32,000 nt of DNA. Source: Candidatus Saccharimonadota bacterium (GTDB lineage: Bacteria; Patescibacteriota; Gracilibacteria; UBA4473). The stretch is from positions 300,001 through 332,000 of the forward strand of contig OZ245819.1 in NCBI GenBank assembly GCA_965228485.1, in the 5' to 3' direction. Both the position numbers and the translations under genes were made by a program. The notes beneath the pieces are model-generated. The model worked only from the letters and a program-made list of their open reading frames with translations. It did no database searches and was not told the origin of the DNA. Positions 16,922 to 26,229 of the stretch are shown here, piece after piece. The stretch's first letter is position 1. The number at the start of each line of letters is the position of its first letter.

Positions 16922-17542
16922 TTAAAGAAAACATTTACGTCCCACTCTCACGATATCTATCCCCTCTTCCAACGCGAGATGATAATCACGAGAAGTTCCT
17001 GCAGAAGTTTTCCCCTCTGGTAAATATTTATCCCTCAGTTGTATAAGAGCCCTGAATTCCTGTCTCTTTTCTGTTTCAGCAAACTCTCCCCATCCCATAT
17101 TTGAAAGCCCAACAACCTGTAAGTTTTTAAAGTCTTTTATCTCATCAAGAAAATTTGGGAGTGATCCAGGTAAAATCCCTCCCTTCTGAGGATCATTGGT
17201 AACATTTACCTGAATAAACACCTCTAATGAATTCTTCCCAAGTTTTTCACTGAATATTCGAGCGTGCTTGAGATTATCTAAACTATGAACTACAGAGGAA
17301 AAATTAATAATTTCTGGAATTTTTCGTGACTGGATTCTTCCAATAAAATGAACGACTTCTCGAGGGAAATTTCTTTCTTCTAGTTGTTCAGCTCTATTCT
17401 CCCCTATTCCTAAAAAACATTTCTGTACTGCAAGTAATGGTAATAGAGAATGTACTAATTCGGATTCCCAATACTTGGTAACCGCTATTATTTTTTTACC
17501 AGACTGGGATACTTCTTCGAAAACTGAATTGTTGAGTTTCAT
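16922..17542 (-). CDS. yggS: YggS-family pyridoxal-phosphate homeostasis protein
   Basis: AVTKY (PLP Lys context), GENRAEQLEE, HFIGRIQSRK, and C-terminal VRVGRKCF. 206 aa. Confidence 0.8.
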   Translation of the reverse strand: MKLNNSVFEEVSQSGKKIIAVTKYWESELVHSLLPLLAVQKCFLGIGENRAEQLEERNFPREVVHFIGRIQSRKIPEIINFSSVVHSLDNLKHARIFSEKLGKNSLEVFIQVNVTNDPQKGGILPGSLPNFLDEIKDFKNLQVVGLSNMGWGEFAETEKRQEFRALIQLRDKYLPEGKTSAGTSRDYHLALEEGIDIVRVGRKCFL

Positions 17543-17588
17543 TTGGTTCCTGCGCTCTCTAATACTAGAATAACGACTGAAATTGAAA

Positions 17589-18485
17589 ATGACAAAAACT
17601 AAAAAAATATTTTTCTTTGGAACCCCTCAGATAGCCACCCCCAGCTTGGAGGCTATAGCCACTTTAGAAGGTGTTGAGATTGTTGGTGTTGGAGTTATTC
17701 CTGATAAGCTGGTAGGAAGAAAGAAAATCCTTACCCCTTGTCCTGTAAAGCTTAAAGCTCGAGAGCTAAATCTCCCTATTGTAGAAATAAGCAATAAAAA
17801 GGATCTTACCGATTGTTTTGAAAATTATCAGTTTGATCTGGGAATTGTCATTGCCTTTGGGATGTTATTTCCAGAGCATGTTTTGAATATGCCTGAATTC
17901 GGAGTTGTAAATGTGCACTTTTCATTACTTCCTGAATATCGAGGCGCTTCTCCCGTACAAAGCGCCATCCTTGATGGAAAAAACACCAGTGGTATCACCT
18001 GGCAAAGAATGGTAAAGGCCCTAGATGCTGGAGACATTCTCTGGCAAAAAGAATATGATATTAGGAATAAAAACACGCTCCAAGTTTGGGAACAATTCGC
18101 TCAATATACGGCTGAAGAGTTTTCTGAATTTCTGCAGAATTATTTAGACAGTAAAATCACTCCTATTGTTCAAGCAGAAACAACCGCTACCTTTTGTGGA
18201 AAATTTGAAAAAAAAGATGGAGCTATTAATCCATTAGAAGAAGGAGCCTCGTCAATTTATCAAAAATTTTTGGCCTTTACTCCATGGCCAGGAATTTTTC
18301 TTCCAACAGATAAGAGAAATTTAAAAATACTTGAGTGCTCTCTTGAGTCTAACAAGGGAATAATGCTTCCCTGTAAAGAAGGTGAGATTTTTATAGAGAC
18401 TGCCCAACTAGAAGGGAAAAAACCCAGTAAAATGATAGATATTCTCCGTGGGGCTCCAGATTTGTTGGAAGGTTATAAAAAGTAA
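17589..18485 (+). CDS. fmt: methionyl-tRNA formyltransferase
   Basis: IFFFGTPQIATPSL and NVHFSLLPEYRGASPVQSAILDG motifs. The ATG at 17589 is preferred; a TTG at 17583 is possible. Confidence 0.92.
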   Translation: MTKTKKIFFFGTPQIATPSLEAIATLEGVEIVGVGVIPDKLVGRKKILTPCPVKLKARELNLPIVEISNKKDLTDCFENYQFDLGIVIAFGMLFPEHVLNMPEFGVVNVHFSLLPEYRGASPVQSAILDGKNTSGITWQRMVKALDAGDILWQKEYDIRNKNTLQVWEQFAQYTAEEFSEFLQNYLDSKITPIVQAETTATFCGKFEKKDGAINPLEEGASSIYQKFLAFTPWPGIFLPTDKRNLKILECSLESNKGIMLPCKEGEIFIETAQLEGKKPSKMIDILRGAPDLLEGYKK

Positions 18486-18522
18486 TTGGGAAAATGCCCT
18501 AAATCAGGTAAACTCTAAAAAA

Positions 18523-18750
18523 ATGAAAAACAAAATCCCCTATTTAGCGATTCTTAGTTTTGGAAACTTAGTGTTTTTTGCCTTTTTGCTTTTAACTCTA
18601 TTACTTCAATTTTTGTTCTTTCCAAAAGCCTTCGCTTTTTTGTGGGGAGCTCAGTTAGTGCTTGGAACCATCATGACCTACGCTAACTGGCGTTTTTATA
18701 CAAAGACGAATATTTCATTTGATGACGTTCTTACTGATCTCAAAAAATAA
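18523..18750 (+). CDS. small two-TM membrane protein, hypothetical
   Basis: 75 aa from the ATG at 18523; the track's upstream extension overlaps the fmt 3' end. The stop TAA overlaps the next gene's ATG (TAATG). Confidence 0.55.
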   Translation: MKNKIPYLAILSFGNLVFFAFLLLTLLLQFLFFPKAFAFLWGAQLVLGTIMTYANWRFYTKTNISFDDVLTDLKK

Positions 18751-20792
18751 TGAGTGCAATACTATTCTTGGCTGTCATTGGTTTGGGTATTTGGATATGG
18801 AACCTTTCCTCACGAATAGAGGTTCTAGAAAGAAAATTGGATGGTAATAATAAGTCCATAAAAATTGACTTTACCACCAAAAATCAGACTTCTAAAACCG
18901 TTGAAAAAAGACTTCCTTGGGAACCGGCCGGTAAAACACCCTCTGTTGCTAAAAAAACCACCGAACCAGTTAGACCTAAAAAAGAGTTCCGCCTGGAAGA
19001 ATTTATTGGTCAAAAGCTTTTCCCAATTTTAGGAGCGACGTCAATTGTTCTTGCTGTTGGATTTTTTACTCTTTGGGCTTTCGCTAACGGCTGGGTTGGA
19101 CCAATGGGAAGGATTGCTTTGGGCGTCATGTTCTCTCTTGTGCTTATTGTCCTCGGAGAATTCATAAGAAAAAAATATCCTCATTTTTTCCAATATTTCA
19201 CAGCTGCTGGAGTCGCAGGGCTTATCATTACCACCTTCATGGCACGATACCACTACGAGTTTTTAAGCTCCTTAGAGAGCCTTATACTTTATACCGTTGA
19301 AGCCGCTGCAGGAGTAATGTTAAGTCTGAGATACAACTCCCGTATTCTTGGAAACTTTTCAATATTGGGGGCTCTTATTGCCCCTTTCCTAATTGATGCT
19401 TCAGATCCAAATATCTTTGGATTACTTGGTTTTGTTTGCATTATCACCCTCGCGGGATTTATTCTTGCCTCACAGAAAAAATGGCCTGAAATTTATACTT
19501 TTTTGCTTATTTTTTCGACGATTTTTGAGCTCATGTCTATTGATGAGTTTAAATCAAATCCGAGCGTTATTAGTCCTATTATATTGCTTGGATTCATCTT
19601 CTTGCTCCACACGCTCATTGGAGCGGGCGGTTTAATGAGACTCTGGAAAGAAAACATTGCACAGTCCCATCTAAAACCAAAAGAACAGGATATTTATGAA
19701 GTAATACTTTTTTCTCTTTCATTACTTGTAGCAAATCTACTGGCTTTCAATATATTTAATCATCTTGATTGGAATCACTTTGGATTTGTTGTCGGGTTTG
19801 AAGCGTTAGTACTTTATGGATTAGCCGAATGGTTTCGAGGAAAACGTTGGCAACTCTTCCATATGGTCACTCTGTCCAGTAGCTTGGTATTTTTACTCTT
19901 TGCTACTATTTGGGAACTTCAATCGGAAGACATTATAATTCTTACGCTCACTCTTATTGGAGAAGGCGCTCTTCTCTGTTTTGCTGGACAGGCTTCCCAA
20001 CAAAAAGTATTCGATATTTTTGGAAAAATTGCACTTTCAATTGCCTTCCTTCTTATATTCGAAATTGAAGATGCTACGCTGAGTTTACTCTCAATTTTAT
20101 CTCTTATTGCAGCTCTTGTTTTCTCTGTTGGCAAACCTAAAACCGAACTTGAAAAAGTCTGGCTTGGCGTGAGTTTACTCTTCAGTTCCATAATGATATT
20201 TTTCTGGTCAATTGAACAGAGCTCTTTACCTACCACCCTTACACCTGCTCCAGTAGTAATTTGGTCTTTGGTACTTCTCGCTGCTGGTATAATAAAACAA
20301 AACACCATTGTAAGAGTCGCGAGTACTATCGTCTTTGTTCTTATGGCGGTGATTTCTATGGAAGAAATGCGATATGGGGAATATATTATTAATGCCTCTT
20401 TATTTGCTTGGATTTTCTTAAATGGAGCGGCTATTTATTATACTCAAAAAACTGATCAACGAGACACACTTCTCGACCAATTTATAAATTATGGAGCCCT
20501 TATCATCTTAACATTAGGATGTTTCTTCTTTGCGGGAGAAACTTACACCGAACCCTACCTCACCATCACCTGGCTTGTTTGGGCTTCCCTACTCCTCACC
20601 GTTGGAGTGGTTCAAAAATGGGTAGATATAAGATATGTCGCACTCGGAATATTCTTACTAATTATTGCTAAATTATATTTTGTAGATGTTTGGCAGTGGG
20701 AAGTTTGGGGTCGTTTTCTGGCTTTCTTTGCTCTTGGGGTTTCTTTGCTTGGCGTTGGTTTCTTTTATCAAAAAATATGGACAAAAAAATAA
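18750..20792 (+). CDS. polytopic membrane protein, DUF2339-like
   Basis: 680 aa. An N-terminal TM helix is followed by a short coiled segment (RIEVLERKLD) and a Lys/Pro-rich linker, then more than 15 hydrophobic helices. This is the DUF2339 architecture as I recall it; not verified by search. Confidence 0.8.
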   Translation: MSAILFLAVIGLGIWIWNLSSRIEVLERKLDGNNKSIKIDFTTKNQTSKTVEKRLPWEPAGKTPSVAKKTTEPVRPKKEFRLEEFIGQKLFPILGATSIVLAVGFFTLWAFANGWVGPMGRIALGVMFSLVLIVLGEFIRKKYPHFFQYFTAAGVAGLIITTFMARYHYEFLSSLESLILYTVEAAAGVMLSLRYNSRILGNFSILGALIAPFLIDASDPNIFGLLGFVCIITLAGFILASQKKWPEIYTFLLIFSTIFELMSIDEFKSNPSVISPIILLGFIFLLHTLIGAGGLMRLWKENIAQSHLKPKEQDIYEVILFSLSLLVANLLAFNIFNHLDWNHFGFVVGFEALVLYGLAEWFRGKRWQLFHMVTLSSSLVFLLFATIWELQSEDIIILTLTLIGEGALLCFAGQASQQKVFDIFGKIALSIAFLLIFEIEDATLSLLSILSLIAALVFSVGKPKTELEKVWLGVSLLFSSIMIFFWSIEQSSLPTTLTPAPVVIWSLVLLAAGIIKQNTIVRVASTIVFVLMAVISMEEMRYGEYIINASLFAWIFLNGAAIYYTQKTDQRDTLLDQFINYGALIILTLGCFFFAGETYTEPYLTITWLVWASLLLTVGVVQKWVDIRYVALGIFLLIIAKLYFVDVWQWEVWGRFLAFFALGVSLLGVGFFYQKIWTKK

Positions 20793-21958
20793 CATTACTG
20801 GCTTTTGGCTTTCTTTCTTTTTTTAGTGTTATTGGGGTCTCTCATGCACGTATGGCGGATATTTCCCCGAGTACAGATCGATTTGAACAGAAGATTGATT
20901 TTACTGTGGAAGGTATCACGACTCCAAAGGTTGTCACTTTTGAGACCAGTCAAAGACTTGGAAATTTCCAGGCTCTGCAAAATAGTGATAATGGTGAATT
21001 TATTCATTTTGAAGCTTCTACACAATTCAGTGAAGCTGATTGGGGAATGTATTTAGAATCTATAAGTGAGACAATAGATGGAAGATCAAGCTACCTTCAG
21101 GATCAGAAGACAAATACCAGTGTAACTTTTGACTCTAACAACCAGAATCACATTGTTACTTTTGATAATACTGAAGCTCGATATTTGATTTCTGAAATAG
21201 ATATCACTCTTAGTTCAAATACAATTCCACCAGATTATGTTTCTATTAGAGCCATGCTTCCTGGTAGTAGTGAATGGAAGACTATTATCGATCAAAAACG
21301 ATTTTCGTCCCGAATAACTTTTCCAAAAATTCAACCACAAAAAATTGAAGTTATCTTGGAGAGCAACAACCTTCTTAGAGTTTCAGAAATTGATTTTTCT
21401 AATGACGTTAGACAGAAGTCTCGCAAAGAACGAATTCATTTTTATGCTTCTGAGGGACAAAATTACACTCTATTTACCCAGCCTAGTTTTGGACAGGAAA
21501 GAATCAGTGGGATTAGTACACAAGGTTTAAGAACTGATAATAACACTCCCGTTTTTGATCTTCCTCAGGCACAAAAAAATGAAGGTTATAATCCAGATTT
21601 TGATCTTGATGGAATTAATGACCTTCAAGACTTATGTCCAAAAGTAGCCGATGAAACTAATGCTGATATTGATGGCAATCAACGAGGGGATGTTTGTGAA
21701 GATCCAGATCAAGATTACTATTTCTCACATAAAGACAATTGTCCATTTGTTTATAACCCTGATCAAAAAGACTCTGATGCTGATGGGTTGGGAGATAAAT
21801 GTGATGAAAGCGATGATCGAACAACAGAAAAAGATGATCTGCTGATTACTATCAGTTTCATTGTTATGGTTTTGGCTCTTATATTTCTGATCACTAAGAG
21901 TGCCCTAAATATGAAAAAAGAATCTCAAAATACAAGTAACGAAGATGATGAAGAATAG
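20777..21958 (+). CDS. secreted, C-terminally membrane-anchored protein with thrombospondin type 3 (Ca-binding) repeats
   Basis: Start MDKKITLLAFGFLSFFSVIGVSHA is a signal peptide and overlaps the upstream gene by 16 nt. TSP3 motifs lie at about 21590-21817 (NPDFDLDGINDLQDLCP; DNCPFVYNPDQKDSDADGLGDKCD). C-terminal TM segment LLITISFIVMVLALIFLI. Confidence 0.8.
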   Translation: MDKKITLLAFGFLSFFSVIGVSHARMADISPSTDRFEQKIDFTVEGITTPKVVTFETSQRLGNFQALQNSDNGEFIHFEASTQFSEADWGMYLESISETIDGRSSYLQDQKTNTSVTFDSNNQNHIVTFDNTEARYLISEIDITLSSNTIPPDYVSIRAMLPGSSEWKTIIDQKRFSSRITFPKIQPQKIEVILESNNLLRVSEIDFSNDVRQKSRKERIHFYASEGQNYTLFTQPSFGQERISGISTQGLRTDNNTPVFDLPQAQKNEGYNPDFDLDGINDLQDLCPKVADETNADIDGNQRGDVCEDPDQDYYFSHKDNCPFVYNPDQKDSDADGLGDKCDESDDRTTEKDDLLITISFIVMVLALIFLITKSALNMKKESQNTSNEDDEE

Positions 21959-22436
21959 TATTTTAGACGTTCTTAAAAACTTAGAAATTACTTTTGAATA
22001 CTACGAGCACCCAAGCTTTGATACTTGCGAAGTCTCTAGTGAGTTTCATGTCTCACAAGGCTTTCCTGGTCAGAGAGCAAAAAATCTATTTTTAAGAAAC
22101 AAAAATGGAAAACAACATTTTCTTGTGATGCTCCCGCATCATAAAGATTTCGATAAAACCTATTTTAGAGAAATTTCTGGTCAAAAATGTGGTCTCGCTT
22201 CTGATGATCGTTTAGATAAATACTTGAAGGTAAAACCTGGACATGTCTCCCCTTTAGCACTCATTAATGATACTGAAAGAGAAGTGCAAGTATACTTAGA
22301 CGAAGAACTGATGAATTCATCCTATATTCATATTCACCCAGGAGAAAATACCTCAAGTGTTCAACTTATGCCTGAAGACTTACTTAAATTTCTAAATCAC
22401 CTGGGTTATGAACCAGCCGTTCATAATTTTAGCTAA
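21945..22436 (+). CDS. YbaK/ProX-type aminoacyl-tRNA deacylase domain protein
   Basis: 163 aa. AKNLFLRNKNGKQHFLVML, GHVSPLALIND and IHIHPGENTSSV match the YbaK/prolyl-tRNA-synthetase-associated editing domain pattern. Overlaps the upstream gene by 14 nt. Confidence 0.7.
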   Translation: MMKNSILDVLKNLEITFEYYEHPSFDTCEVSSEFHVSQGFPGQRAKNLFLRNKNGKQHFLVMLPHHKDFDKTYFREISGQKCGLASDDRLDKYLKVKPGHVSPLALINDTEREVQVYLDEELMNSSYIHIHPGENTSSVQLMPEDLLKFLNHLGYEPAVHNFS

Positions 22437-23509
22437 GATTTTATTAAAGCTCGATTCCAGGTAAAGAATGCCAGAATTAACCAGAAATTTAGAATATTGG
22501 TTATCCCTGGTAAAAGAATCAGAAAAGCTACGAAACAGAGTCCATGCATCCAGGTATTTTTTAAGTTTATACTTCGCCAAAGTTGTAAGAGTCCTAAAAG
22601 AAGCACGCTTCCGAAAACTCCCCATTCAGTCCAAAAAATCTCTATTCCTGTTAGTAAAAAATCTGTTGGCAAAACAGTCGTTGCAGAAGTGTCTACGAGG
22701 TACTCTATTCCCTCTGAAAAACCGACACCCCATAAAGTCTGTGTCTGAGTGAAATCAAAATTCAATGCTCCAAACGACTGCCATCCCCAAAATAAAAATC
22801 CTAAAAGAAAAGCTACAAAAACAACTAACCATAATGTTTTTGTTTTACGCCAAAGAAATTTTCGTTGATACCAAAACTGTATTAAAGCAAATAATAAAAT
22901 AATTCCGACCAAACTCCCCTGTTCCAGGAACTTTAATCCCACGATAGATAGAAATGCTGCTAACACTTGGTTGGGAAAATTTTTCGCCGATTCTAAAGTC
23001 TGAAAATGTACATACCACAAAATAATAAACACGCCTGATAATACTGGTAAAGAAATGTCTTCTCGAATGAGCAAGTAGTTCACTATCAATCCTACCAAAA
23101 ACAGCCAATAGAGAGTCGTTTGGCTTAACGGTATTTTTGTCCAGCACAATGGAAGAAAAGCTCCTATAAGAAAAAATATCATCCATAGATTTTTTTCAGG
23201 ACTTTCCGAAACAACTCCATTAATAACAAAGGCTAAGACTATTAAAAGCGCGCCAGTAAATGTTTGGAATGAAGGTTTAGAAAGCTTCTTATATACAAGA
23301 TATTGAAATAAGGTAAGCCAGATAAAGGCTCCTACTAAAAATGGAATTATAAGAGCGAATTCTGGAGCATGAAAACCAAACTGAAAAGTATGGTCTACCA
23401 CCGTAATTCCCTGAGTACACCCCCAAAAAAGCAAAAAAACAATTAATCCTAATACGCCAAAAAAAGGAAGTATATCAATTCGATCAACGGTAAATTTGAT
23501 CCACTTCAT
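22433..23509 (-). CDS. polytopic membrane protein, possibly O-antigen-ligase/Wzy-like
   Basis: 358 aa with about 10 hydrophobic helices. The loop LWGVGFSEGIEYL...GIEIFWTEWGVFG faintly resembles Wzy_C. The family call is weak. Confidence 0.7.
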   Translation of the reverse strand: MKWIKFTVDRIDILPFFGVLGLIVFLLFWGCTQGITVVDHTFQFGFHAPEFALIIPFLVGAFIWLTLFQYLVYKKLSKPSFQTFTGALLIVLAFVINGVVSESPEKNLWMIFFLIGAFLPLCWTKIPLSQTTLYWLFLVGLIVNYLLIREDISLPVLSGVFIILWYVHFQTLESAKNFPNQVLAAFLSIVGLKFLEQGSLVGIILLFALIQFWYQRKFLWRKTKTLWLVVFVAFLLGFLFWGWQSFGALNFDFTQTQTLWGVGFSEGIEYLVDTSATTVLPTDFLLTGIEIFWTEWGVFGSVLLLGLLQLWRSINLKNTWMHGLCFVAFLILLPGITNILNFWLILAFFTWNRALIKS

Positions 23510-23517
23510 TCAACGAA

Positions 23518-24936
23518 TTAAGAAGCTATTTCTTTAGCTCTTCTCGCTCGCTCCTGTAGCTTGGCGGTAATCTGTTTAGCAAGCGTTTCAAGGCTCTTAT
23601 CTAGTGCTGCTCTCTTTTCATTAATAGCGAGTACGAAAGGCCTTAGTCCATCATAGAACTCTTGTTTTGGCAGTGGCATAATATTACTTTTTGCAAACTT
23701 TGATTGACGCACAAACACCCCAATTTCAGGCGCTCCTTCTTGTTCTACAAGCATATCAACACGTGGAGTTGGATAGAGCGTTTCCTCATGCCAAGACTGA
23801 AGATTGTCTTTCTCTATAGCAAATTTTAAAAATCTCCAGGCCGTATCTGGATAATCAGTTGTTCTAGAAACCGCTAGAGCTTTTACATTCCCAACCACTC
23901 GCCTACTAGCACTAATGCTTGGATCTTCCATCTGAGGGAGAAAAGCCACTCGAATGTTTTTGTCACTAATAAAATTTTGTCGTCCGCTTTTCAGTTCTTC
24001 TAATAAGTCTGATAGTGTTTTCAGATCTTGAGAGTAAGCAAATACCATAGAAGTTTTTCCTCGGGCAAAAGCTTCCAAATCTTTTGTTTTACTATCTTTG
24101 CTGGCAAGTAATTCATTCCATGAATGATGTTTAAATCGATTGTCAGCAAAACTTGTGAAGAAATTAAGCGCTTCTACCCCAAGATTTTGCTTTCTTCCGT
24201 TTTCGGCTTCTGATTGTGATTTATCAAACAAAGCCTGAGTTCCACTCTCATCAAAGAATCCTACTCCCATCTGAAGCATCAGGTTTTCTAAAAGTTCTGG
24301 ACCATAGTTCATATTATCAAATCTTCCCATTGCCACTCCCGAAGCTGAAAAACGCTCAAAAGAATTATCTTCTTTGGTCAAAGCCTCAACATCAGATTTA
24401 AACCCCGTCCAAGTCCGAGCAGGCAAATTACTCTCTGGCAATCGGTCAGCAATATGCTCTTCATTAAATATCAGTGCTAGGGTTTCAACGGCTAATGGCA
24501 CTCCATAAATTCTTTCGTTTTGGATCAAAATTTCATTTGCCACCTGAACAAAAGTTGCTCGAAAAGCTTCGGCGGTAAAAGTCTCATCATCGGCACTCAC
24601 GGGTAAGACTTTCCCAGTATTATGATAGAGCCATTCACCATCTGCAAAGATGATATCTGGACCTTTGTCTTCAGCTAATTGATCGGTAAAGTACGACTTC
24701 ATCTCTTCTGTATCGGAAAAAGAAACTACTTTAAAGCGAAGGTTTGGAACGCCTAATTCTGCCACGAATTCTCTCGCCAAAGAATTAAAGAAGGCTTCTT
24801 GTTCGGTTGTCCAAATTTGCATAATTACGGCCTTCCCAGTTTCTGCTGTATCTGCCGTTTCTGCCACATCTTTTCTTTCACAAGCTGTGATTGAAAAGAG
24901 TAACACCGTTGCCACAAAAAATTTTAGCCACTTCAT
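23518..24936 (-). CDS. extracellular solute-binding lipoprotein (ABC-type, family 1-like)
   Basis: MKWLKFFVATVLLFSITAC has a lipobox (ITAC). PDIIFADGEWL and IYGVPLAVETLALIFN are typical of sugar-type SBPs. Start uncertain (24936, 24957 or 24960). No permease or ATPase gene is adjacent. Confidence 0.7.
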   Translation of the reverse strand: MKWLKFFVATVLLFSITACERKDVAETADTAETGKAVIMQIWTTEQEAFFNSLAREFVAELGVPNLRFKVVSFSDTEEMKSYFTDQLAEDKGPDIIFADGEWLYHNTGKVLPVSADDETFTAEAFRATFVQVANEILIQNERIYGVPLAVETLALIFNEEHIADRLPESNLPARTWTGFKSDVEALTKEDNSFERFSASGVAMGRFDNMNYGPELLENLMLQMGVGFFDESGTQALFDKSQSEAENGRKQNLGVEALNFFTSFADNRFKHHSWNELLASKDSKTKDLEAFARGKTSMVFAYSQDLKTLSDLLEELKSGRQNFISDKNIRVAFLPQMEDPSISASRRVVGNVKALAVSRTTDYPDTAWRFLKFAIEKDNLQSWHEETLYPTPRVDMLVEQEGAPEIGVFVRQSKFAKSNIMPLPKQEFYDGLRPFVLAINEKRAALDKSLETLAKQITAKLQERARRAKEIAS

Positions 24937-24979
24937 ACTGATCCATGCTACCCACATCAATCGGAAAAATCAACGATTC

Positions 24980-25279
24980 TTACCTTGCGGATTTATTGAT
25001 TTGAATTTCTGTAACTGATGCTGGCAAATCACACTCATTTAAATGCTCCATAAACTGGTGAGTCTGCATAAATAAGGCCGAACTTCCAGAAGCTGATTTT
25101 GTTTTTATGGTTAATTTTCCCGCCTCAAATTTCTGAGGTGCCCACTCTTCAGTAAAATCCGAATACTCATGGTTAATAAGATAACGAGCCTTCTCACACA
25201 CCAAAGATCCTAGAGCTTGTGACTCTAAATTATATTTTTTTGCCGCTTGAAACATAAAATTTTTCGCTGGTTCAAACAT
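24980..25279 (-). CDS. DUF721/DciA-like small protein
   Basis: 99 aa. The pattern M..AKN....AAKKY.L......VC......, then GKLTIKTKSASGSSALFMQTHQFMEHLNE, resembles DUF721 as I recall it; not verified. Confidence 0.5.
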   Translation of the reverse strand: MFEPAKNFMFQAAKKYNLESQALGSLVCEKARYLINHEYSDFTEEWAPQKFEAGKLTIKTKSASGSSALFMQTHQFMEHLNECDLPASVTEIQINKSAR

Positions 25280-25334
25280 AACAAGTTATAATTAGAATGT
25301 TCGTTATCAAGTTATCCTCATTAATAAACTAAAC

Positions 25335-25649
25335 ATGACTGAAAATCAAGTAACAGAAATTCAAAAATCACTTCAAAAACAAGAAGTGTTGCTGCAACAA
25401 ATTGCCACAACTCAATTAGAAATTTTGGAAGTGGAAAAACAGAGAGCCAGAAGCGAGAAGTACCAAATATTTTTTCAGATTGCGAAAGTAATTTTCTGGG
25501 GGCTTATCATCTGGATAGCTATTGTCCAAACCCAAAAACTTACCACTATGGTGGTTGATCGATTTGTTTCTCAAAACTCTCCAAGTGCCGTTATAAACAC
25601 TACGACCAACAGTGCTCAAGATTTATTAAATGAACTTCTGAGTTATTAA
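25335..25649 (+). CDS. hypothetical protein with an N-terminal coiled coil and one TM helix
   Basis: 104 aa. TM segment IFFQIAKVIFWGLIIWIAIV. Its stop overlaps the convergent gene's stop. Confidence 0.5.
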   Translation: MTENQVTEIQKSLQKQEVLLQQIATTQLEILEVEKQRARSEKYQIFFQIAKVIFWGLIIWIAIVQTQKLTTMVVDRFVSQNSPSAVINTTTNSAQDLLNELLSY

Positions 25650-26161
25650 AGACTCTCAAGATCAACAAAAAGTGTCACCAAAAGGCTTCTTTTTTTTTCT
25701 GGCTCACTTACCCAGGTAATCATTTTTATTTTTTCCAAAGCTTTGTGATAACGCTCTAGCCACATAATGTCGACAAATAAATCGAGTGATTGATTATCCA
25801 CCATTTTATCCCAAATACCTTCTTTTTGTTCTTCTGCCGCGTTAATAAAACCCTCCATTTGTTCTAGTAGGAAGGACGGGAAGCCTGAGGTATTATGAAC
25901 TTTTGCCATCGATAAAAAACGATGAGCATTATCCGCTAACTCATCAACTTCACCACATAAATCTTCCACATAAGCTTCTATTGCTCGTTGTCGTGCCGTA
26001 AAAGCATTCCATTTCTGAAGGGCAATTCTATCGGCAATTCTTTCAGCAAAAGAAGCCTTGGTTTTTTCTGCTAGAGGCAAAACTTCTACCGTCTGCGCCG
26101 TAGCTTCTACCGTCTCTACTGGTAAATCACTTCCCTCTTCTAATACTCGCTCATCTGACAT
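25646..26161 (-). CDS. hypothetical protein (171 aa)
   Basis: Clean ORF with ATG start. No recognised motif. Confidence 0.55.
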   Translation of the reverse strand: MSDERVLEEGSDLPVETVEATAQTVEVLPLAEKTKASFAERIADRIALQKWNAFTARQRAIEAYVEDLCGEVDELADNAHRFLSMAKVHNTSGFPSFLLEQMEGFINAAEEQKEGIWDKMVDNQSLDLFVDIMWLERYHKALEKIKMITWVSEPEKKRSLLVTLFVDLESL

Positions 26162-26229
26162 TAATTACATTATTTAAATAATAACTAATTAATTCAAATC
26201 TATTTTAATAAAACATTAATAACCGAAGT

